Assembly (NCBI GenBank): GCA_022844165.1
Contig: JALHMH010000001.1
Coordinates: 64,001-128,000 of the forward strand
Direction of reading: 5' to 3'
DNA: 64,000 nt
From: Lysobacterales bacterium
GTDB taxonomy: Bacteria; Pseudomonadota; Gammaproteobacteria; Xanthomonadales; SZUA-5
Made by a program: the position numbers and the translations under genes. The notes beneath the pieces are model-generated. The model did not search any database. It was given only the letters and a program-made list of their open reading frames with translations, and was not told the DNA's origin. Position 1 is the stretch's first letter. The number at the start of each line of letters is the position of its first letter. This document shows positions 1 to 9,162 of the stretch, piece after piece.

Positions 1-2
1 AG

Positions 3-2576
3 GCGTCCGGCGGCGATGCCGAACTGAATTCCGCACTCAAGGATCTATTTGAGCTGGCGCAGGTGTCGGGACATCAAGCCGAAGACCTGGCGCCAGCTGC
101 GGCCGGTCTGCTCGCACAGATGGTTGCGCCGAACGACCCTGCCGTGGCGTGTCTATTGCAATTATTCGCCGGCATGCATCGCATCTTCGACGAGCACGAA
201 GCGCGCGCCGAACTGCGGGCACATATGGCGCGGACGCTGCTCGAGGGTTGGCAGACTCGCGCCGGATCGGAGTTGACCGCCCTGCATGCGGCGCTCAGTT
301 TCCTGCGCGCCAGCGCGCACTGGAAAAACAGTCAGCTCGCAAAGCTGATGATCGCCTTCGAGCCATCGCTGCGTTCGGTTTCGGCCGCGGTCAAAATTTC
401 CAGAGTGGCCGCTGAACTTGCCGATCAAGCCAGCGCTGCGGTCCTGCGCGACTATCCGCATTACGCCGAACGAATTGGCGAAAGCGGTTGCGCCGCGACG
501 CGCCGTGACAACTACTTTACCGTCTTGCGGCTGGCACAAGTTCTGGGTGGGGCCAACGCATCGCCCAAAGAAACGATGGTGTGGTGGTGGTTGAGCACGA
601 TCGGCGTCTATCTGCGCAATCGCGATCAGTCTGTGATGCAAGGCAACCTGCGCGCCATCGTGCACGCGCTGACGCCGCATTTAAGAGTCGAAGAACTGCT
701 GATCTGCAGCGATATCCTGACGGCCGTGTACCGGAAGGGATTGGCAATCGACATCCCGCGCGATCTGGGCGTCGGATCGGTGTTGAACTTTCGACAAATG
801 GCCGAGCGCGGCCCGTTATGGCGTAGCGCGTTCACCATGCGCCGTGCCGCATCGCCCCACCACGGCCTGCTCGGCGACTACTTGAAAACTTACGCCGCGG
901 CCGACACCGAAGGCGCGGCTGTGATCGATGTTTGGCGCAACTTCGCGGCACAGTGGCAGGCGCTGGGCGATCCGGCGATGGCCTGGTCGGAACTGTCGGC
1001 ACAGGTGTCCCAGGCGATCCGCGCCGTGGGCGCGAATCGGTTGCAGTCGGCTTGGGTTCGCGAGCTGCGAGTATTTGGCGCGATGCCCGAATGCGCCATG
1101 CACCATTTGTTGTTGGCGCAAGGCCTGGAGCGAGTGCAACTGGTGGCCTTTGGGTTGAACCTGGCGCCGCGCATCGCCGAGTTGTCTGCATTGATGGGAC
1201 GCTCAGCGCATGTTCTGCCGGAAACGCCAGAAGGTCGCGGCGAGTTGTTCGCGCACAAGGGCGAGCGTGACCTGGCGCTACTGCTGAATGTGTTGGCGGA
1301 GGCCTGCTGCAGTGGCGATCAAGGTCTCGCAACACTGAATGCTGGACGCTATCTGCTCGAGTGTATCCTGCCCTACGTTCCGTTCTCCGAACAGAGCTGG
1401 GCTTCGGTTTGGGCGGTTGCACTCGCGGAACTCCTGCCGACGTCGTGCGCACCGGTGTCGGCCGCGGCGCAGCGCTGTTTTGCGCTGCTCAATGCCCTCA
1501 CCCGCCAGGCGGATATGCTACGTGCGGTAGGGCAGGAGATTTTTGTCCCCACCTTGCCGGTGTTTTCCGACGATCCGGCACAGGAGGCAGAGTGGCGTGC
1601 GCTGGCCTCCGGGTTAATGGTGGCCGCTGCGGCTGCAGACGCTGGTCTGCCGGGGGAGGCGCTGGCGCAGAGTCTCGCGCTGGCGACTCCATTGTTTGCA
1701 GAGCAGGCAGTCACCTTGTGGCAGGAAGCCAAAGCGCCGCTTTGTGCGTTGCTTGGAAAATCGCTGTCGCCCAGTTTGCGCTCTGCGCTCGACGGCGTCT
1801 GCGCCGCGCTCGACCGCACGCTTGGCGCCGAACGGATTTTTCAAGGCGCTCCGGCGAGCTCGGCCCTGGATCTGGCATTGGCGCTACGCAGCGCCGACCC
1901 GTACTCGCTGGCGATCTGGCGCTGCGATCGCGTTACGCGGGTGCAGCGGGAAGGTCTGACCACACCGCTGCCGGGGGATCTGACCATGTCCCGCGCAAGC
2001 GGTTGGCAGTGCCCAGAAATGCTCGCCATTCGCCGCGCGATTTCCCACCTCAGCGAATGCACGGCGCTAGCGCCACAGAATGCTGCGCCGGGCCGGCAGG
2101 ACTTCCAGCTCGGGTTACAGCGCCTGGCCTGGTCTACCGCATTCCTGCGCGATGGTATGGGCAACGCACTGGCGCCATGGCTGACGAGCTCGTTGCTCGG
2201 CGGCGAGTGGTACGCACTCGATCTGCCGACGCTCGTGGCGTGGTCCGAGGCATGCATCGGTGAACTCGACGAGCGCTTCGGCGACGACTCGACGCTGGTC
2301 GCGCGGCTGCATGAGGCACTGGCCAGCCTTTGGCTGCCAACCGCTGCCACTCAAAGCGCTGCGGAGCTGCCGGTACGTCAGGGCAATGCACTTGAGCAAC
2401 GGAGTCTTGCCAGTTTTCTGCTGGGTCAGTCCGCACCCAATACACCAGAAGAATCAGCCCGCGGGATGGCGATCGTTCATGCCTCCGGTTGGTTTCAACG
2501 ACTCACCACCTCGCATCAAGCCAGGGTAACGTCGGCGCTGCGCGCAGGTCGCTACCGCGGGAGCCTGCCGGCATGA
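3..2576 (+). CDS. Large helical protein with repeated phycobiliprotein/globin-like segments (5'-truncated by window edge)
   Basis: The frame is open from position 3, with no stop before the GTG at 63. Segments RDYPHY..GCAATRRDNYFTVLRLAQ, HKGERDLALLLNVLAEA and GRQDFQLGLQRLAWS resemble the phycobiliprotein CxRDxxxxLRxxxY helix. The stop overlaps the next ATG (ATGA). Confidence 0.55.
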   Translation, partial: ASGGDAELNSALKDLFELAQVSGHQAEDLAPAAAGLLAQMVAPNDPAVACLLQLFAGMHRIFDEHEARAELRAHMARTLLEGWQTRAGSELTALHAALSFLRASAHWKNSQLAKLMIAFEPSLRSVSAAVKISRVAAELADQASAAVLRDYPHYAERIGESGCAATRRDNYFTVLRLAQVLGGANASPKETMVWWWLSTIGVYLRNRDQSVMQGNLRAIVHALTPHLRVEELLICSDILTAVYRKGLAIDIPRDLGVGSVLNFRQMAERGPLWRSAFTMRRAASPHHGLLGDYLKTYAAADTEGAAVIDVWRNFAAQWQALGDPAMAWSELSAQVSQAIRAVGANRLQSAWVRELRVFGAMPECAMHHLLLAQGLERVQLVAFGLNLAPRIAELSALMGRSAHVLPETPEGRGELFAHKGERDLALLLNVLAEACCSGDQGLATLNAGRYLLECILPYVPFSEQSWASVWAVALAELLPTSCAPVSAAAQRCFALLNALTRQADMLRAVGQEIFVPTLPVFSDDPAQEAEWRALASGLMVAAAAADAGLPGEALAQSLALATPLFAEQAVTLWQEAKAPLCALLGKSLSPSLRSALDGVCAALDRTLGAERIFQGAPASSALDLALALRSADPYSLAIWRCDRVTRVQREGLTTPLPGDLTMSRASGWQCPEMLAIRRAISHLSECTALAPQNAAPGRQDFQLGLQRLAWSTAFLRDGMGNALAPWLTSSLLGGEWYALDLPTLVAWSEACIGELDERFGDDSTLVARLHEALASLWLPTAATQSAAELPVRQGNALEQRSLASFLLGQSAPNTPEESARGMAIVHASGWFQRLTTSHQARVTSALRAGRYRGSLPA

Positions 2577-3046
2577 GACAGATCAAATTTCGCGCCGATC
2601 AATCCACGGTTTCGTTGCAAACCGACACCCGACTTCTCGATGCGCTCTTGGCGCATCAAGTGCCGGTGAAGATGGTCTGTGGTGGTCGCGGTTTGTGCGC
2701 TACCTGTCACGTGTACGTCACCGCCGGCGAAGCCAGCCTCACCCCTGCATCGCAGCGCGAACAGTTGGCTCTGAGCGTACTCACCGGCGCTCAGAGCAAC
2801 AGTCGGCTGTCGTGTCAGGCACGGGTGATCGGCGATGGTGTGGAAGTGGCGCTTCCCGATGGCATGTACGTCGAGTCGTTTACTGAACTGGAATCGTTGA
2901 TCGGGCAGCGCACGTCGATGCCGATCTTGCATCCGGTGACCGGCGAGACGCTGGTCGAGGCGAACAAAATCATCATTCGCTCTTCAATCATGCAACTGAA
3001 GGACGTCGATTTCAGTATCGGCGACGTCGGCACGTCCAGGGCATGA
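2573..3046 (+). CDS. 2Fe-2S ferredoxin with C-terminal extension
   Basis: CGGRGLCATC...RLSCQ cluster motif. ATG at 2573 overlaps the upstream TGA. The ~60 aa tail (LPDGMYVES..LIGQR..ILHPVTG..KIIIRS) resembles that of the cyanobacterial Slr0148-type ferredoxin. Confidence 0.9.
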   Translation: MRQIKFRADQSTVSLQTDTRLLDALLAHQVPVKMVCGGRGLCATCHVYVTAGEASLTPASQREQLALSVLTGAQSNSRLSCQARVIGDGVEVALPDGMYVESFTELESLIGQRTSMPILHPVTGETLVEANKIIIRSSIMQLKDVDFSIGDVGTSRA

Positions 3047-3090
3047 GCGCAGTTTTCGCAGGCAAATCCGATGACTTTGAGTAAAGACTA

Positions 3091-3750
3091 ATGGCTATCG
3101 ATCCAGTACTAGGCGGCGTCCAGGGTTTCCACAATTACTACACGCCCGACGAGTTTTTTCGCCACGATCCCACGGAGGGCTCGATTTATCTGCGCGATGG
3201 CCAGCGCGCGGCCAAGATTTCCGAGGCCTTCATCAACGGACTGCACACCGGAATCGAAGAGGAAGTCGGCAACAGCTCAGGACTGCTGATGTATCGGTGC
3301 GGTCAAGAGTGGGCGCTTGCCGACATGAAACGTTTCTCAGCGCGAATGCGCCAGGAGTTCGGTGGCGGAAAGCTCGACATCTGGCAGATGAACCCGGCTT
3401 TCGTTTGGGAGTGCTGGTGGTGGCCTTTGGCGATCGAAGGATACGGCGGATGGACCTTGGATCTGAGCTTTGCGGACAAGGACATTACGCTGATCGAAAT
3501 CCGCAACTCGGCCGTCGCCAAGTCCATGAAGATGGTCGGCCGCCCGGTCTGCCACATGTACGCGGGGTTGTTTGCCGGCGCCTTCAGCTTTTTTCACCGC
3601 AAGGAGCTGCAGAGCATTGAGGTGCAGTGTTACGCGATGGGCAACGACGTCTGCAAGTTCCTGGTCGGCGACGAGAAACGCGTCAACGCTGCAGAATTCT
3701 GGCGAGAAGAGGGTGCCAGCGCGCAAACCATTCGGGAAAATCTCGCCTGA
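3091..3750 (+). CDS. V4R (4-vinyl reductase) domain protein
   Basis: GYGGW helix-turn, PVCHMYAGLFAGAFS, EVQCYAMGNDVCKF with the C/E/C/C metal ligands typical of V4R. Confidence 0.9.
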   Translation: MAIDPVLGGVQGFHNYYTPDEFFRHDPTEGSIYLRDGQRAAKISEAFINGLHTGIEEEVGNSSGLLMYRCGQEWALADMKRFSARMRQEFGGGKLDIWQMNPAFVWECWWWPLAIEGYGGWTLDLSFADKDITLIEIRNSAVAKSMKMVGRPVCHMYAGLFAGAFSFFHRKELQSIEVQCYAMGNDVCKFLVGDEKRVNAAEFWREEGASAQTIRENLA

Positions 3751-3762
3751 GGCGGAACATCC

Positions 3763-5928
3763 ATGATGACAACTCCTAACAGTCAATTGCTTGAACTCGG
3801 CGCTTTCTTTCGCGAAGTTGTCGAAGGCATCGCCGATAGCCAGGCCGGGCGTCGCCCCCCACCTAAGGCCGAGATGCCGACTCTTGATGGCGCTGTGCTG
3901 CTCGACTCGATGCGGGCGATCGTTACCGAGGAACTGCAAGGACTGGCCAGGACGCAGCCACTGCTCGGAAGTGATGATGCCGCGCTACGCGAGGCCCAGG
4001 CCGTGGCCGCCGACAGCGCGCGCCGTATCGAAGAGCTTGAGCTTGCCCACCAGCAGCGCGAGTTGGCGCTGCGCCAGCAGTTGCACGAACGCTACGAGGA
4101 GCAACTGCAAGCCGAACGCAGTCGCCAGGCGCTGGTTGACGAGCGAGTCATCACGCTCGAAAACCGGTTGGATGTCAACGAGACCACCAGACAAAGTCTC
4201 GAATCCGAGCTTCGTGAGCGCAGCGATTTGCTGGCGGTGCTGCGTTCCGAGCTCAACCACATGCATGAGCAGGCGCAGCATCTGGAGCGCAACCATGCGC
4301 TACTGGTCGGCCAGATCGATGAACAAACCGAGCGCGATCGCCAGCGGCAGGCGGAGTTCGATGCTTGCCAGGCGCAACGGGACGAAGCGCTGCGGGCGTT
4401 TGCGCTGCAGGAAGACACCGTCGCTGTCTTGAATGCCGAGCTGGAACAGGCGCGCAACGATCGGCAATCTCAACAGACCAGCGCCAACAGCCTGCGGCTT
4501 GAGTTCGAAGCGAAATTCGAAGAGCGAGAATCGGAAGCGCTGCACATGCTGCTGGCCGCAGAGCAGCGCGCGCGTGAGGATCGTCAGACGTACATAGAAC
4601 AGATCCATCAGTTGACCGAAGCGCTCGATGCCGAGCAACTGCAAAATGCGCAACTCAAGGACGCGATTCTGGTGCTGGAGGCGCAGGCCGAAAACGCTTC
4701 AGACGTGCAGGCATTCGCAGCGGAATTCCAGGCCAAAGACCAACAGCAACAATCCGAACTGAGCGAATTGCGCGAGGCACTGAAGGCCGGGCAAGAGCTC
4801 GCCGAACAGCTTCAGAGCGAACTCGCGTCGGTGCAAACCGCTGCGGTTGCAGACGCAGAGAGGTTGGCGGAGCAACTGCGAGTACGAGAAGAAGAACTGC
4901 AAGTCAAGACCGCCGAATTGGATGGCGCACTGCTCGGCGAACACGCACGCACCGCTGAGTTGCAAGCCGAAATCGCGACACTGCGCGAAGCGCTCGATTC
5001 CGAATCAGCAGCGCGTGCCGCTGACCGAGCACTTCTCGAGGCGCAGCTCAGCACGGAACAAACGCTTACCGTGCAGCTGCAGGCCAACATCGCGCGCCTT
5101 GAGCAAGAGGCACAACACCGGCAGCAGGCCGACGATCGACGCTCGGAATTGACTCAGGCGTTGGATGCCGAGAGAGCGCAGACCGCTCGTCTGAAGACCG
5201 AGATCCTGCAGTTCGAAGCGCGCGTAGCAGCGGCTGCCGAAGCGAACACCAGAATGCTGGCCGCGGTGCAGGAGCTGAGCAGCAAACAATTGCTCGAACT
5301 TGGCAGCGCGCTGAAATCTGAGCAGACATTGACTGCGCAACTGTTGGCCGACATTCAGGCATTGGAAGCACGATCGAATGAGCAGGATCTGGCGCTGGCG
5401 CAAGCGCAAGCGGCTGCCGATGCCGATCGTCACGCACGGCTCGAAGCGCAAGCCGCAGCTCAGGCGCGGGAGCAGGCGCTGATCGAAGCACGCTCGCAGT
5501 TGCAAGCGCTCAACGACCAACAAGAGGCGTCCAGGAAGCGCGCGTCAGTGGGATTCCTGGCGGGGCTTGGAGAGACACCGCCGGTTGATGCATCGCCGAG
5601 CGCAGCGCAGGCTGCCATCGCCGCTGCACCTGTCGCCCCTGCTCCTGTGGCCGCTGCGGTACAAGCCGCTGTAGCACCGATGAGCGCTGTGGAGTTAGAG
5701 CGCGAACAGAAGCGACTGGCGATTCTGAGCCAAAGTACCGATGTGGCCACGGCCAAACTCTATTTCCAGATGCTGCCCTGGCAAGGACTCAAGACCTCTC
5801 GAATTTCTGTTGCCGCAAATGAAAGGGGCGACCCCAGTGGCACGCTCGCTGGTTTTGCTGTCGCCGCCGCTACCCAACAGGCAATCGATTCCAGTCTTTC
5901 AACTCAACCGACGAAGGCCAGACCATGA
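3763..5928 (+). CDS. Long coiled-coil protein, function unknown
   Basis: 721 aa E/Q/A/L/R-rich heptad sequence, an Ala/Pro linker and a short C-terminal YFQMLPWQG motif. Coupled to the next gene by an ATGA overlap. Confidence 0.75.
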   Translation: MMTTPNSQLLELGAFFREVVEGIADSQAGRRPPPKAEMPTLDGAVLLDSMRAIVTEELQGLARTQPLLGSDDAALREAQAVAADSARRIEELELAHQQRELALRQQLHERYEEQLQAERSRQALVDERVITLENRLDVNETTRQSLESELRERSDLLAVLRSELNHMHEQAQHLERNHALLVGQIDEQTERDRQRQAEFDACQAQRDEALRAFALQEDTVAVLNAELEQARNDRQSQQTSANSLRLEFEAKFEERESEALHMLLAAEQRAREDRQTYIEQIHQLTEALDAEQLQNAQLKDAILVLEAQAENASDVQAFAAEFQAKDQQQQSELSELREALKAGQELAEQLQSELASVQTAAVADAERLAEQLRVREEELQVKTAELDGALLGEHARTAELQAEIATLREALDSESAARAADRALLEAQLSTEQTLTVQLQANIARLEQEAQHRQQADDRRSELTQALDAERAQTARLKTEILQFEARVAAAAEANTRMLAAVQELSSKQLLELGSALKSEQTLTAQLLADIQALEARSNEQDLALAQAQAAADADRHARLEAQAAAQAREQALIEARSQLQALNDQQEASRKRASVGFLAGLGETPPVDASPSAAQAAIAAAPVAPAPVAAAVQAAVAPMSAVELEREQKRLAILSQSTDVATAKLYFQMLPWQGLKTSRISVAANERGDPSGTLAGFAVAAATQQAIDSSLSTQPTKARP

Positions 5929-6524
5929 GCACAGTCGCGGCAAATGTTCGTCCCCAGAGCCAGACGCTCAGAAAGCACGCGTTGCTCAAGGAACTCTTTC
6001 GGCGTGCGGAAGGCAGGCATTGGAGCGAAGAGGAACTTAGTCTCTACGCCAAGAGCGCCCCGGAATTCATGGAACGCGTACATGCCGCAAGGGCAATCGC
6101 TCGACATGAAACGGCGGTTGTCGAAAAGACCGTGACCGAAATATTCGCCAGCTACCCATTCACCAAGTACCACGCGTTGGCCGAAATCAAAGCGCCGCGC
6201 GACATCACACAGGTCAGTGTGTACGCCACGGCCGCCATGCTGATGAACGATCACGACTGGTTTCGAGATCGGGTGTTGTTGTGGCTCAAAACCATGCTGC
6301 AGGCATTCGTCTTCCCCAAGCGCGAAGCGGCCAGTCAGCGGACCTTATTCGGCAACCGGGCGGCCACCAACAATCCCGCCGAGAGCATGCCGCAGCGTAA
6401 ACAGGCCGTGTTCGAAACCTACGTTGTGCTCAAACGCAATTACCAGCAGGCGCTTGAGGCCGCGGACTACGCGCAATTTGAGCCTTACCTGCAACAGATC
6501 ATCGACACCCTGTCGGCGGACTAA
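5925..6524 (+). CDS. Allophycocyanin/phycobilisome-protein-like globin-fold protein lacking Cys
   Basis: AEGRHWSEEEL (cf. AxGRYLSxxEL), RVHAARAI, KAPRDITQVSVYATAAMLMND..FRDRVLLWLKTML (cf. CxRDxxxxLRYxxxAMLxxD). Confidence 0.8.
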   Translation: MSTVAANVRPQSQTLRKHALLKELFRRAEGRHWSEEELSLYAKSAPEFMERVHAARAIARHETAVVEKTVTEIFASYPFTKYHALAEIKAPRDITQVSVYATAAMLMNDHDWFRDRVLLWLKTMLQAFVFPKREAASQRTLFGNRAATNNPAESMPQRKQAVFETYVVLKRNYQQALEAADYAQFEPYLQQIIDTLSAD

Positions 6525-6530
6525 ACAACT

Positions 6531-7229
6531 ATGAGCGCGATGATGAATCAAGCACCAGTCTTGCCAGAAGCCGGCGGCACCGCGTTGACCGCCGGTACGT
6601 CCAGTGCGCGTTTTGCTTCCATGTTGGAGATCGATAGTCTGAACTTCGATTTGTACGAAGGCACGGTGGTCGACCCCAGCGATACCCGCAGCATCTTCCT
6701 GGCAACCGACATTTTGCGTGGCATCCACGCCGCTTTGTCCTATGAAGCTGGCCAGGCTTGGACAATCGTGCTCTATCGCTGCGGTTTTTTATGGGGACAA
6801 AAGACCCTGCGGCATTTCGTGCGCCAATCGCAAGGCGCCTTCGGCGCAAAGTTCGAGCAGATCAGCGTCGACGTTTTCTTGAGCAACCTGATCACTTTCA
6901 TGAACTTCAATGGCTGGGGTGTGCTCAGCATCGACATGCAGCGCGCGACGACGCATGGCGTGCTCCGCATGGAGTTGCGCAAGAGCATTTTCGCCGATGC
7001 CCTCGACCATCTCCGCGAACGCGTGGACTTCATGGTCGCTGGAATGCTGGCTGGCGTATTCAGCGACCTGTCGCGCGCCAGCCTGGCGTGCATTGAAGTA
7101 AGTTCTTCGCTGACCGGCGGCTCGAACTCTGTGTTCCTGTTGAGCGCCAGCGAGCGCATTGAAGCGCTGCGCCCGGCATTGGAAGGCGGCGCCGACGAAC
7201 GCGAGCTGATCGAGCTTCTGTGTGGCTGA
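6531..7229 (+). CDS. Second V4R domain protein (metal-ligand Cys largely lost)
   Basis: LYRCGFLWG, NGWGVLSID, DFMVAGMLAGVFS, CIEVSS..SVFLL. Similar to 3091..3750. Confidence 0.85.
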   Translation: MSAMMNQAPVLPEAGGTALTAGTSSARFASMLEIDSLNFDLYEGTVVDPSDTRSIFLATDILRGIHAALSYEAGQAWTIVLYRCGFLWGQKTLRHFVRQSQGAFGAKFEQISVDVFLSNLITFMNFNGWGVLSIDMQRATTHGVLRMELRKSIFADALDHLRERVDFMVAGMLAGVFSDLSRASLACIEVSSSLTGGSNSVFLLSASERIEALRPALEGGADERELIELLCG

Positions 7230-9162
7230 GTTCGACGCCATCCCGGAGCGATATGAGGTGCTCGGCGAATTGGCGACCGGGGCGCAAGGTGTTGTGTTGC
7301 GTGCTCGCGATCGACACAGCGGCAGTGCTGTGGCCATTAAGCAGTTTTCGATCGGTGCGCGCACCGCTTACCTGCGGGAATTGGCGGCATCGCTCGACAA
7401 TCGGCACGACAATCTGCTGACGCCGCTGGATACGTTCTACGGCGCGGACGGCGTCGGGTTCGTGGTTTACGAATTCCTGGAAGCAGGTACCTTGCGCCAG
7501 GCGATGACGCCTGGGAAACCGTTCGCCTCACTTCTAATCCTCCGTTGTGCGGAAGATCTGCTCAAGGCCTTGGTCAACTTGCACGATCGCAAGTTGATTC
7601 ACTGCGACATCAAACCAGAGAACATTTTCGTCCGGCACAATGCGCAAGGTCAGATGGAGTCGTTCTTGCTGGGTGATCTCGGATCGACCTGTTCTATACG
7701 CGAGGCTGAAGAGGGCGACTACCGCAGCGGGTCGCCCGCCTACACAGCGCCCGAGCGCTTCTATCAGAAGTTTCAGCCCAATAGTGATCTGTATAGCCTC
7801 GGCGTTCTGCTGTTCGAATTGGCCAGCGGTAACTTGCCCTTTATCGGAGGCCCAAAAGCCATGGCGCGCGCGCACCTGCAACAGCCCGTTCCGCTGAATC
7901 AAATCCAGTCTTCTCACCTGCGCACCTTGATCGGCGGGCTGATGGAAAAGGAACCATCGCGACGGATCGGCTCAGCAAAAAGAGCATTGCAAATGCTGAA
8001 CCCAGAGGACGCGGTACAGGGTCCATCGAATTTGCCCATTTCGAATGCTGACTTAAGAACACCAGTGAATAAGCCTACGCAAAAGCAAGCCAATATCGGC
8101 CGACGCCCTCCGATTGAAGTGGCGAGCACCATCATCGAGTCCGGTTTCGCCCGTTTGCACATCGCGAGCGTTGGCGATAAACCCTTGTTGCTGGTCGAGT
8201 CCAGTACCGATCTGGCAACCCTGGCTCTGGCGCCACAATCGCGCCCGCGCCTGTTCCCGAAATCGGGAAACGCACGACTGCTGGGTACGTCGGAGTTGCT
8301 TTACCAGGTCGAATCGTCGATCAACCTGTTGAACTTGAGCAGCGGCGCCAATCGCGTGCTGCACGACCGCTGTGTCGGCGCCATCGATTTTACCTGCGAC
8401 GGGCAACGGTTGCTCTGGCGGACGCGGCGCAGCGCGCATCGGATAGACCTGGAAACGCGTGCCGAGAGTTCGTTCTTGCTGGCGCACTATCTGCTGGATG
8501 CCCGCTCGCACTTGCTTCCGAGCGGCAGCTTCGCGGTCTCAACCGGGGCCATGAACAACCAGATTGCGCTTCGCAGCAGCGACGGCACAGCGAAGGCGGT
8601 GCACGAACTGGATGGTCCGGTCATCGAGATCGTCAACGATTTGGAGACTTTGCTGGCGCTGACGCTTAACGTCAATCAGGCGGACAGCCTGACGCTGTGG
8701 CGAATCTCCGAGTATTCCAAACCCCAACGTCTGGATGTCCCGACCGGCTCGCGCTTTTTTGCGACCACACCAGGTCACATATTCTGGCTCGACAATGGCA
8801 CCCAGATCGTACAGTGCGGCATAGGTCTTGCGCCGCGCGAGGTTTTCAGGGCGGGCGAGTCGATCGACGGCTTCGCGATCTCGCCGGATCATGCCTGGCT
8901 CGCGACCTGGAGCAATCTCGGTGACAACGTCTCACGAGTTCGGGTCTATTCCGCGGCGAATGCCAACGAGGCCGTGTCCCGGAGCGATGAGCGCAGTCAG
9001 CTTCGCGCACCGCCAGGCAAGGAATCCCTGCTCCGTTCGACAGAATCGATGCCACCGGCGGCGCAGGTGAGCGTCAAGAGAACGAGCAATCCGGTTGAAC
9101 ATTCGACTGGATCGACAAGAACCCGCTCCGTCAACGACTCCAGCGAGACGCACACGCCATGA
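7222..9162 (+). CDS. Hanks-type Ser/Thr protein kinase with C-terminal beta-propeller-like domain
   Basis: GAQGVV, VAIK, IHCDIKPEN, DLG, GSPAYTAPE, DLYSLG. The C-terminus is beta-rich and ends in FAISPDHAWLATW (WD40-like). Confidence 0.92.
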   Translation: MAEFDAIPERYEVLGELATGAQGVVLRARDRHSGSAVAIKQFSIGARTAYLRELAASLDNRHDNLLTPLDTFYGADGVGFVVYEFLEAGTLRQAMTPGKPFASLLILRCAEDLLKALVNLHDRKLIHCDIKPENIFVRHNAQGQMESFLLGDLGSTCSIREAEEGDYRSGSPAYTAPERFYQKFQPNSDLYSLGVLLFELASGNLPFIGGPKAMARAHLQQPVPLNQIQSSHLRTLIGGLMEKEPSRRIGSAKRALQMLNPEDAVQGPSNLPISNADLRTPVNKPTQKQANIGRRPPIEVASTIIESGFARLHIASVGDKPLLLVESSTDLATLALAPQSRPRLFPKSGNARLLGTSELLYQVESSINLLNLSSGANRVLHDRCVGAIDFTCDGQRLLWRTRRSAHRIDLETRAESSFLLAHYLLDARSHLLPSGSFAVSTGAMNNQIALRSSDGTAKAVHELDGPVIEIVNDLETLLALTLNVNQADSLTLWRISEYSKPQRLDVPTGSRFFATTPGHIFWLDNGTQIVQCGIGLAPREVFRAGESIDGFAISPDHAWLATWSNLGDNVSRVRVYSAANANEAVSRSDERSQLRAPPGKESLLRSTESMPPAAQVSVKRTSNPVEHSTGSTRTRSVNDSSETHTP

